Assembly (NCBI RefSeq): GCF_000025925.1
Contig: NC_014033.1
Coordinates: forward strand, 2,040,001 to 2,072,000
Source of the DNA: Xylanibacter ruminicola 23
GTDB lineage: Bacteria; Bacteroidota; Bacteroidia; Bacteroidales; Bacteroidaceae
Direction: 5' to 3'
Length of the DNA stretch: 32,000 bases
Under the pieces are notes generated by a model. The model saw only the letters and a list, made by a program, of their open reading frames with translations. It ran no database searches and had not been told where the DNA came from. The position numbers and the translations under genes are program-made. This document shows positions 24,920 to 32,000 of this stretch, one piece after another; position 1 is the first letter of the stretch, and each line of letters begins with the position of its first letter.

Positions 24920-24927
24920 CAAAGGTA
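24920..24927 (-). promoter_or_regulatory. orphan -7 box (TAccTTTG)
   Basis: The plus strand reads GTGCAAAGGTAA. The same GTGCAAAGGTA 11-mer occurs at the asnA and purH promoters. Confidence 0.45.
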
Positions 24928-25053
24928 AGCATAAAACCGCAACTTAAAGACGAGTTTCCCGGAAATTTACATATTTTAAAAGATTTATTGACCAATATCA
25001 TTAAATCGACACAATCACCACTTTTATCGTTTAAAATATTTTAAATCTACCTA

Positions 25054-25090
25054 TAAAAAAATCCCAACCACCCGAAAGGGCAGTTGGGAC
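25054..25090 (-). terminator. intrinsic terminator of the nuo operon
   Basis: The minus strand reads UCCCAAC-ug-CCC-uuuc-GGG-ug-GUUGGGA followed by UUUUUUUAUAG. It starts about 30 nt after the nuoN stop. Confidence 0.75.
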
Positions 25091-25119
25091 CAACATATTT
25101 AACAACTAAGAACTGATGC

Positions 25120-26571
25120 TTAGATACCAGCGGCAGCAATCCACTCGTAAACGCAGCTTGCTACGCCGAACAGAGCGATACCTGCAGTGCAGATGCCAAG
25201 AGCCAGCTTAGTGGCCTCGTCGCTCTGGAATGTAGGCAGAGGATTCTCTGTCTTGGTGATGTACATAGCCTTCACAATGAGCAGATAGTAGTAAAGTGAT
25301 ACTACGGTGTTAACCAAGGCGATGAACACCACGCCATAGGCCATAGGCTCGCCATTCTGCACACCTGCCATGAACACAAAGAACTTAGAGAACATACCAG
25401 CAAATGGAGGAATACCAGCCAACGAGAACAGAGCCAAAGTCATGAGGAAGCTCAGCTTGGGGTTGGTCTGATAGAATCCGTTGTAGGCAGCCATATCTGT
25501 GCGACCGTTATTATTCTGCTCAACCACGTTAATCACAGTGAATACAGCCATGTTTGCTACGATGTAAACCAGCACATAGTAAGTCAGTGCAGCCACACCC
25601 AGCTGACCATTGCCAACCACTGCCAGCATGATATAACCGGCCTGAGAGATAGAGCTGAAGGCCATGAAGCGCTTCAACTCGTTCTGACGGATGGCAAACA
25701 GGTTAGCCACGGTAATTGAGAGTACAATCACGATATACAGCATGTAGTCCCAGTACTCAACCATAGGCGCGAATGCCTTCATCAGGATGGTGCACAGTGT
25801 GATAGCGGCAGCACCCTTAGAAATTACGCTCAGGTAACCGGTAACAGGTGTAGGTGCACCCTGATAGGTATCGGCAGTCCAGAAGTGGAAAGGCACCAAC
25901 GAAATCTTGAAGCCCAGACCACTGAAGAAGAATACCAGACCCATGATGCACAGAGGCGAGTTAGATACTGCAGCACAAACATCATCGAAGTACAGGGTAC
26001 CTGTAGCAGCGTAGATGAACGAGATACCGAACAGCATCACACCACTCGAGAAAGTAGCTACCAGGATATACTTGGCAGCACCCTCGGCACTCTCCTTACG
26101 ATGGCGATCGAAAGCCACCATACAAGCCAGGGGCACTGAAGCCATCTCCAAGCCCAGGAAGAACAGCAGGAACGAGCCAGCCGACATCATCATGAACATA
26201 CCCAGCAGGGTACTCAGAATCAGCATATAGAACTCACCGGCAATGCGCTGCTGCTTGGCAGCCCACGACTCAGCCATAATCACTACGATGAATGTACCGA
26301 AGGTGAGCACCATCTTCATCACGTTAATAGCCTGAGTGGCTACATACATACCACCAAAGGCAGTAATGGTATCACCCTGGCGCATAGCGCTGAATACACC
26401 GAGACCAACAGTCATCAGCATGAAATAGGTAAGACGACCGATAGCCACATTGGGCTTTTCGCCACGCCACTCGCCAGACTTGGTCATCGCGAAATCAACC
26501 GCAAATACCAGAATCAATGCTACAACCAGAGCACACTCTGGGAACATATATATAAATTGTCCGTAATTCAT
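25120..26571 (-). CDS. nuoN: NADH-quinone oxidoreductase subunit N
   Basis: 483-aa polytopic antiporter-like subunit, last gene of the nuo cluster. It is preceded by GGAGGA 9 nt from the ATG. Confidence 0.93.
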   Translation of the reverse strand: MNYGQFIYMFPECALVVALILVFAVDFAMTKSGEWRGEKPNVAIGRLTYFMLMTVGLGVFSAMRQGDTITAFGGMYVATQAINVMKMVLTFGTFIVVIMAESWAAKQQRIAGEFYMLILSTLLGMFMMMSAGSFLLFFLGLEMASVPLACMVAFDRHRKESAEGAAKYILVATFSSGVMLFGISFIYAATGTLYFDDVCAAVSNSPLCIMGLVFFFSGLGFKISLVPFHFWTADTYQGAPTPVTGYLSVISKGAAAITLCTILMKAFAPMVEYWDYMLYIVIVLSITVANLFAIRQNELKRFMAFSSISQAGYIMLAVVGNGQLGVAALTYYVLVYIVANMAVFTVINVVEQNNNGRTDMAAYNGFYQTNPKLSFLMTLALFSLAGIPPFAGMFSKFFVFMAGVQNGEPMAYGVVFIALVNTVVSLYYYLLIVKAMYITKTENPLPTFQSDEATKLALGICTAGIALFGVASCVYEWIAAAGI

Positions 26572-26590
26572 ATTCTTTCGTCCTCCTTCT

Positions 26591-28111
26591 TTACATTACA
26601 CCAATTGACTCCAGGATTGTACCTGCTGCAGGCGAAATCATATCGCTTACCCAGAATGGGAACGAACCCAAACCAGCTACGCAGAAAATCAGGCAGATAA
26701 CAGCCACGCGCTCATCCCATGTAGCATCGGTGAGCTCCAGGAAGTGCTTGTTCTCAACCTCACCATACAGAATCTTACCAACCACACGCAGGATGTAAAC
26801 AGCTGTTACAACAATCGACATACAAGCGATGATGGTAGCCACCATGCGGAACGAAGTGTTGGGGTCGCCACTCAGTGGGTGTGCACCAAACGAACCTACA
26901 AAGATGGTCATCTCGGCAATGAATCCAGAGAAGCCAGGCAATCCGAGGTTAGCCAAACCGGCAATCACATAACCAACAGCCAGGAAAGGCATAATCTTCA
27001 TCAGTCCAGCCAGCTCGCGGATGTCACGGGTATGAGTACGACCGTAAATCATACCGATGAGGGCGAAGAACAGGGCTGTCATCAGTCCGTGTGAGAGCAT
27101 CTGCAGTACAGCACCTGTCACAGCAGTCTGACTCATCATCAGCAGGGCAAACAGTACCAGTCCACAGTGCGAAACCGAAGAGTAAGCATTAATATACTTC
27201 AGGTCGGTCTGTACACAGGCTGAGAGTGCACCGTAAACTACCGAGATAGTAGTGAGGATGAGGAAGATCCACGAGAGATCCTGAGCAGCCTCAGGGAGCA
27301 GGTACATAGCTACACGGAAGCAGCCGTAACCTCCCAGCTTCATCAGTACACCAGCGTGCAGCATTGATACTGCTGTAGGGGCCGAAGCATGACCATCGGG
27401 GCTCCATGTATGGAATGGGAACAGCGCACCCAGTACACCGAATCCGATAAAGATGAATGGGAAGAAGATGTTCTGGATGTGACCAGGAATGCAGTGGTTA
27501 GCTGCGATTGTGGTCAACTCAAAGGTGTAGTTGCCGCTGTAGATACCATTAAAGTAGTAGATACCCAGCAATCCAAGGATCAACAGGGCCGAGCCTCCCA
27601 TCAGCATCAGGGTCAGCTTCATGGCCGAGTACTCCTTGCGACCCGAACCCCATACACCAATCAGCAGGTACATAGGAATCAGAGCCACCTCGTAGAACAT
27701 AAACATAGTAAACAGGTCGGTAGAGATAAAGAAGCCATACACACCTGTAGAAAGCAGGGTGAACCACAGGAAGTACTCCTTAGTAAGTGGCTTCAACTGC
27801 CATGAGGCAAAGGTACCGGTGAACACGATGATGCTCGAAAGCAACAGCATCACCACAGAGATACCGTCAACACCAACGCTGTAAGCGATATTCAAAGGCT
27901 TGAACCAAGGCGTGCTATAGGTCAGCAGCATCTCGGCTGTATTACCTGCTGCACGCTCCTGAATAAAGTAGATGGTTAACCAAACAGAGAGGGCCAACAA
28001 ACACGAAGCTCCCGTTACCATCACACCACGCACCTGATTAACGTTCTTGGCCAACCAGAGACCAACCAGCATCAGGGCAGGAATTATTACGAAAATACTT
28101 AATATACTCAT
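26591..28111 (-). CDS. nuoM: NADH-quinone oxidoreductase subunit M
   Basis: 506-aa antiporter-like subunit, assigned by its position between nuoL and nuoN. Confidence 0.93.
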   Translation of the reverse strand: MSILSIFVIIPALMLVGLWLAKNVNQVRGVMVTGASCLLALSVWLTIYFIQERAAGNTAEMLLTYSTPWFKPLNIAYSVGVDGISVVMLLLSSIIVFTGTFASWQLKPLTKEYFLWFTLLSTGVYGFFISTDLFTMFMFYEVALIPMYLLIGVWGSGRKEYSAMKLTLMLMGGSALLILGLLGIYYFNGIYSGNYTFELTTIAANHCIPGHIQNIFFPFIFIGFGVLGALFPFHTWSPDGHASAPTAVSMLHAGVLMKLGGYGCFRVAMYLLPEAAQDLSWIFLILTTISVVYGALSACVQTDLKYINAYSSVSHCGLVLFALLMMSQTAVTGAVLQMLSHGLMTALFFALIGMIYGRTHTRDIRELAGLMKIMPFLAVGYVIAGLANLGLPGFSGFIAEMTIFVGSFGAHPLSGDPNTSFRMVATIIACMSIVVTAVYILRVVGKILYGEVENKHFLELTDATWDERVAVICLIFCVAGLGSFPFWVSDMISPAAGTILESIGVM

Positions 28112-28115
28112 ATCT

Positions 28116-30104
28116 TTAGATGCATAAAAGGATTAATGTAAGGGCCACACTACCAGTGATGAACCATACGGCATACTGGCGAACATCGCCACTCTGCCAG
28201 CTACGGATACTCTCACCAGCCTCGTTAGCACCCCATGCCAGGAAGTTAAAGGTACCATCCACAACGTGACGGTCGAACCAGGCAATAGGTGTAGAAACCA
28301 GACGGAAGATGATGCGATGTGTCACATACTGCCAGATCTCGTCCTGATAGAAACGCTTGTAGGCTGCGCGATGCAGCTTGGGGAAGGTAGCATACAGGCG
28401 ATCGGCAATAGGCTGCTGCTCACCCTTATAGATATAGGTGGCCAGGCAGATGCTCAGAATCGCAATCACAGTAGAGGTAGCAGCAATCTGCATGTTAAAG
28501 TGGATGGTGTAGTCAGTACCAGCAGCACTTACGAAGCTACCGAACGAACCACCCCACTCTGCAAATCCTGCAATCGTGGTGTAAACACCCACACCAACGG
28601 TAATCACTGTCAGTACAATCAAGGGGATTGTCATGGTCAGTGGTGCCTCGTGTGGTGTATGATGTGCATGAGCCTCCTTGTTCTCAGTACCCCAGAAGAT
28701 ACCGTAGTACAGGCGGAACATGTAGAAGGCTGTCATGGCAGCGATACCTGTCATAATCCAACCTACCACCGGACTGTACTCCATGCAGGCAGTGATAATC
28801 TCATCCTTTGAGCTGAAGCCCGAGAAGAAGGGGATACCAGCGATGGCCAGACACGAAATCAGGAAGGTGATATGTGTGATAGGCATATACTTGCGCAAGC
28901 CACCCATCAGCGCCATCTCGTTGCTGTGTACAGCGTGGATGATACATCCTGCACCCAGGAACAGACAAGCCTTGAACATAGCGTGAGTAAACAGGTGGAA
29001 CATACCAGCCATGTAACCCAGCTGAGCGTGGTTGTCGAGGATAGCACCATGATGTCCGGGCAGTGATACACCCAGAGCCACCATCATAAAGGCAATCTGC
29101 GAGATGGTCGAGAAGGCCAGCACACGCTTGATATCGCTCTGGGCACAAGCCACAGCAGCTGCATAGAAAGCGGTGATTACACCCACCCAAACCACAATGC
29201 TCATAGCCTGTGGGGCATACTCAATCCACAAGGGGAACATACGTGCAATCTGGAACACACCAGCTACAACCATGGTAGCAGCGTGAATCAGGGCAGATAC
29301 AGGTGTAGGACCCTCCATGGCATCTGGCAGCCAGATGTGCAGTGGGAACATCGCACTCTTACCGGCACCACCGATAAACATCAGTACCAGTGCAGTAGGA
29401 ATGATAAAGCCACCAGCAGCTACAGCCTTAGCCAGGTTACCCTCGATGAAAGGTGTAGTACCCTGGCCCATCACAATGTCGCCAGCAAAGTTAAAGCTGA
29501 ACGAATCCACGAAGTAACCGAATGTCAGGATACCTACCAGGAAGAACATATCGGCAAAGCGTGTCACGATGAATGCCTTCTTTGAGGCAGCGATGGCAGG
29601 CTTCAAAGGATAGTAGAAACCGATGAGCAGGTATGAGCTAACACCTACCAACTCCCAGAACATGTACATCTGGAAGATGTTGGTGGCCAGAACCAGACCC
29701 AGCATCGACATCGTAAACAGCGAGAGGAAAGCGTAGTAACGCTGGAATCCCTTCTCACCATGCATATAGCCGAATGAGTAGATATGAACCATCAGTGATA
29801 CAGTCGAGATCACAATCAGCATCATCACGCTGATAGGATCCAACAGGATACCGAGGTCGAAATGCAGGTTACCCAGGGGCAACCAGGTAAAGTTATACGG
29901 AACAAAGGTCTGATACACGCCATTCACACGATCCAGTCCGAAGAAGTACTGGAAAGCGGTGATATAAGAGAGTATCGTAACCATTCCCAACGAGCAGGTA
30001 CCGATCAGTCCGGCCACCTTATGCTGCATCTTCATGCCAGCCAGTCCAAGAACAATGAACGACAGCAGTGGCAGAAGCATGATAAAGATTGTATATCCAA
30101 ACAT
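28116..30104 (-). CDS. nuoL: NADH-quinone oxidoreductase subunit L
   Basis: 662-aa antiporter-like subunit with a long C-terminal extension (lateral helix region). Confidence 0.93.
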   Translation of the reverse strand: MFGYTIFIMLLPLLSFIVLGLAGMKMQHKVAGLIGTCSLGMVTILSYITAFQYFFGLDRVNGVYQTFVPYNFTWLPLGNLHFDLGILLDPISVMMLIVISTVSLMVHIYSFGYMHGEKGFQRYYAFLSLFTMSMLGLVLATNIFQMYMFWELVGVSSYLLIGFYYPLKPAIAASKKAFIVTRFADMFFLVGILTFGYFVDSFSFNFAGDIVMGQGTTPFIEGNLAKAVAAGGFIIPTALVLMFIGGAGKSAMFPLHIWLPDAMEGPTPVSALIHAATMVVAGVFQIARMFPLWIEYAPQAMSIVVWVGVITAFYAAAVACAQSDIKRVLAFSTISQIAFMMVALGVSLPGHHGAILDNHAQLGYMAGMFHLFTHAMFKACLFLGAGCIIHAVHSNEMALMGGLRKYMPITHITFLISCLAIAGIPFFSGFSSKDEIITACMEYSPVVGWIMTGIAAMTAFYMFRLYYGIFWGTENKEAHAHHTPHEAPLTMTIPLIVLTVITVGVGVYTTIAGFAEWGGSFGSFVSAAGTDYTIHFNMQIAATSTVIAILSICLATYIYKGEQQPIADRLYATFPKLHRAAYKRFYQDEIWQYVTHRIIFRLVSTPIAWFDRHVVDGTFNFLAWGANEAGESIRSWQSGDVRQYAVWFITGSVALTLILLCI

Positions 30105-30107
30105 AAT

Positions 30108-30142
30108 GTTTACTGTTTAATCTTTAATGTTTAATGTTAAAC
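30108..30142. repeat. tandem heptamer array GTTTAAT (5 units) at the nuoK-nuoL junction
   Basis: GTTTACT GTTTAAT CTTTAAT GTTTAAT GTTAAAC fills the 37-bp spacer. Confidence 0.75.
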
Positions 30143-30450
30143 TATCGTTTCATATTCTGGATAGCCTCAACACTATCACTCTTGAACTTGCGATACACGT
30201 TGATGATAATAGCGATGGCAACTGCGCTCTCGGCAGCAGCTACACCAATCACGAAGAGTGTCATGAACATGCCCTCCATACCGTTTGGATAAAGCAAGCG
30301 GTTGATAGCGGCAAAGTTGATATCCACGGCGTTCAGCACCAGCTCAACCGAGATGAGCATGGCAATCAGGTTGCGACGTGTAGTGAAACCATATACACCG
30401 ATAAAGAACAACAGGGCACTCAGTGCGAAATAACATTCTACTGGAATCAT
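30142..30450 (-). CDS. nuoK: NADH-quinone oxidoreductase subunit K
   Basis: 102-aa protein with 3 TM segments. Its start overlaps the nuoJ stop by 4 nt. Confidence 0.93.
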   Translation of the reverse strand: MIPVECYFALSALLFFIGVYGFTTRRNLIAMLISVELVLNAVDINFAAINRLLYPNGMEGMFMTLFVIGVAAAESAVAIAIIINVYRKFKSDSVEAIQNMKR

Positions 30451-30962
30451 GCTTTATCCTCCTTTCTTGCTACAACCAAGCCACCGATGATACATGCCAG
30501 CAGGAATACTGAGATGAACTCGAAAGGCAGTACATACTGATATTTACCCGAACCAACGAGAGCAGTACCAATCTCCTTCATAGGTACCTCTACGCCAGCA
30601 ATCTCCTGTGTATAGAAACCAGTCTTAAGCAGAATCAATCCTACTACCACCAGTCCGGCCAGGGCGGCCAGGGCGCCAGTAATCATCTTGCTACTCTTAA
30701 CTCGCTCCTCCAAACCCTGAAGTGTGCGCTTGCTTACCAACTGGATGGCAAACACATAGATCATCGTAACGCCACCGGCATATACGCTAATCTGAGCGGC
30801 TCCAAGGAAGGTGTAATCCAGCAGGAAGTAGATACCTGCTACACCAAAGAGCACAAACAACATGAATGTTGCGGCTCGCATAATCTTCGTCGTGGTCACA
30901 CACATCAGTGCCGAAGCAATGATGAATACCGCGAGAATGATAAACATAACTGTATTACCCAT
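30447..30962 (-). CDS. nuoJ: NADH-quinone oxidoreductase subunit J
   Basis: 171-aa hydrophobic ORF, assigned by its position between nuoI and nuoK. Confidence 0.9.
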   Translation of the reverse strand: MGNTVMFIILAVFIIASALMCVTTTKIMRAATFMLFVLFGVAGIYFLLDYTFLGAAQISVYAGGVTMIYVFAIQLVSKRTLQGLEERVKSSKMITGALAALAGLVVVGLILLKTGFYTQEIAGVEVPMKEIGTALVGSGKYQYVLPFEFISVFLLACIIGGLVVARKEDKA

Positions 30963-30968
30963 AATGCG

Positions 30969-31514
30969 TTACTTGGTTTTAGTGTTAAACTTACCGACCT
31001 GCCATTCGGCACCACCCTCAATCAGGTTAGGCAGAGAGCCACCAGCGTAAACCTCCTCGTTCAAGTGCAGTACCAGACGAGAGCGGTCGAACACAGCGTT
31101 CTCAAAGTCGTTTGTAAACTCGATGGCGTCAAAGTTGCAGGCGTTGGTACACAACTGGCAGAACATACAGTCGCCCAGGTCGTACGCATAATCGTCCAGC
31201 ACCTTCTTTTTCTTGCCTGTCTCAGGATCCTCAGCCATATGGGCAGTAATCTTGATGGTTCCGTTAGGACAGGCCTTTTCGCACAATGTGCAAGCGGTAC
31301 ACTTGTAGCTGCCATCCTCGTTGCGCTTAAAGGTCAAGCGACCACGGTGACGCTTTGATACGTGCAGTGTAGTCTTGCGGTTTTCGGGATACTGCTCTGT
31401 CGACTTATTGGTGAAGAAATCCTTGAAATACTCCTTCCAAGTAATCTTCATACCTGTAGCCAAAGTCTTCAGGCCGTGTCCGATTTCTCCGAAATATGTT
31501 TTGTTATCTTCCAT
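30969..31514 (-). CDS. nuoI: NADH-quinone oxidoreductase subunit I (2x[4Fe-4S] ferredoxin-type)
   Basis: 181-aa ORF with two CxxCxxCxxxCP-type motifs (CTACTLCEKACP and CMFCQLCTNAC). Confidence 0.93.
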   Translation of the reverse strand: MEDNKTYFGEIGHGLKTLATGMKITWKEYFKDFFTNKSTEQYPENRKTTLHVSKRHRGRLTFKRNEDGSYKCTACTLCEKACPNGTIKITAHMAEDPETGKKKKVLDDYAYDLGDCMFCQLCTNACNFDAIEFTNDFENAVFDRSRLVLHLNEEVYAGGSLPNLIEGGAEWQVGKFNTKTK

Positions 31515-31523
31515 TGCTATACC

Positions 31524-32000
31524 TTATTTAATATATAGGCCCAGGGCCACAACAACAGTCATAATTACCAGGTTGATAAGTCCCAGAGGCATCAAGTACT
31601 TCCACTCCAGCTTCAGGATCTGGTCGATACGCAAACGTGGGAAAGTCCACTTCACCCACATCAGCAACCAAACCACCAGCAGGGTCTTGCCAAAGAACCA
31701 TACGATACCGGGGATGTAGTTCATCACGGTATCAAAGGCATCCACACCAATGTTGATAGGAGCCCAACCACCCAGGAATACAGCCGAAGCCAGTCCAGCG
31801 ATGATAAACAGGTTCAGGAACTCAGCCAGGTAGAAGAAACCGAAGCCCATACCCGAGTACTCAGTGTGGTGACCGGCAGTCAACTCACTCTCAGCCTCAG
31901 CCATATCAAACGGACCACGGTTAGCCTCGGCATTACCAGCAATCAGGAACACTACAAAGGCGATGATGGCAGGGATATGACCCTGGAAAATCAACCACTT
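31524..32000 (-). CDS. nuoH: NADH-quinone oxidoreductase subunit H, C-terminal part (gene continues beyond window end)
   Basis: The frame stays open to nt 32000; the track shows only the part from an internal Met. The hydrophobic NuoH-like C-terminus includes RGPFD and PRLRIDQ blocks. Confidence 0.9.
   Translation of the reverse strand, partial: KWLIFQGHIPAIIAFVVFLIAGNAEANRGPFDMAEAESELTAGHHTEYSGMGFGFFYLAEFLNLFIIAGLASAVFLGGWAPINIGVDAFDTVMNYIPGIVWFFGKTLLVVWLLMWVKWTFPRLRIDQILKLEWKYLMPLGLINLVIMTVVVALGLYIK

Noticed and set aside
25030-25045. Perfect 16-bp palindrome TTTAAAATATTTTAAA just downstream of the nuo terminator.
   Set aside because: It consists only of A/T in a very AT-rich region, so it is plausible by chance. 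I have no supporting context for a binding site.
24835-25060. Possible invertible (phase-variable) promoter: imperfect inverted repeat TTTATAGAAGAT / ATCTACCTATAAA flanking the orphan -7 box.
   Set aside because: The repeat is short, AT-rich and interrupted by an indel. The right arm overlaps the nuo terminator A-tract, and no recombinase gene lies nearby.
1-32000. Searched for defence, mobile or accessory content: CRISPR repeats, transposase/integrase/recombinase genes, toxin-antitoxin pairs, restriction-modification, phage genes, tRNA integration sites and abrupt composition shifts.
   Set aside because: I found none. Every ORF longer than about 130 aa that is not an antisense shadow has a housekeeping-type assignment, apart from one lipoprotein. 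Gene order matches conserved Bacteroidales syntenies.

Overview
This 32-kb stretch reads as core chromosome of a Bacteroidota bacterium (Bacteroidales, Prevotella-like), not an accessory island. I support 33 protein-coding genes, two of them cut by the window edges.

Gene content:
- Minus strand, 1-4332: menF (partial), a hotdog thioesterase and three tandem ROK-family paralogs.
- Plus strand: lysS, gpsA and an AlkD-like gene.
- Minus strand: an fprA / glycerate kinase / MGMT-family / FMN-reductase operon, with a divergent short AraC-type regulator.
- A BASS-like transporter.
- Plus strand: metF, holB, PSP1(ricT) and gldH.
- Minus strand: the cell-shape operon purH(N-domain only)-mreB-mreC-mreD-mrdA-rodA.
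- Minus strand: asnA plus an unknown lipoprotein.
- Minus strand: nuoH(partial)-I-J-K-L-M-N.

I saw no rRNA, tRNA, CRISPR, transposase/integrase, phage or recognisable defence genes. The phylum call is an inference. It rests on TAnnTTTG -7 promoter boxes at sensible distances from most operon starts, on gldH, and on the holB-PSP1-gldH and purH-mreBCD-mrdA-rodA syntenies.

I did not find a convincing novel multi-gene system. The items most worth a second look are:
1. Six of the seven 20-40 bp spacers between co-directional genes are tandem 7-bp (one 8-bp) AT-rich repeats. In the five heptamer arrays these put a stop codon in all three frames.
2. An orphan promoter plus strong intrinsic terminator lies between nuoN and asnA, with no ATG between them. 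This is a candidate sRNA of about 150 nt, or an asnA leader.
3. Three tandem ROK paralogs keep the sugar/zinc motifs but lack the canonical ATP phosphate-loop glycines. They appear co-transcribed with menaquinone genes.
4. The purH gene ends exactly at the IMP-cyclohydrolase / AICAR-transformylase domain boundary.

All promoter, terminator and sRNA calls are motif- or structure-based by eye. No similarity searches or folding calculations could be run.
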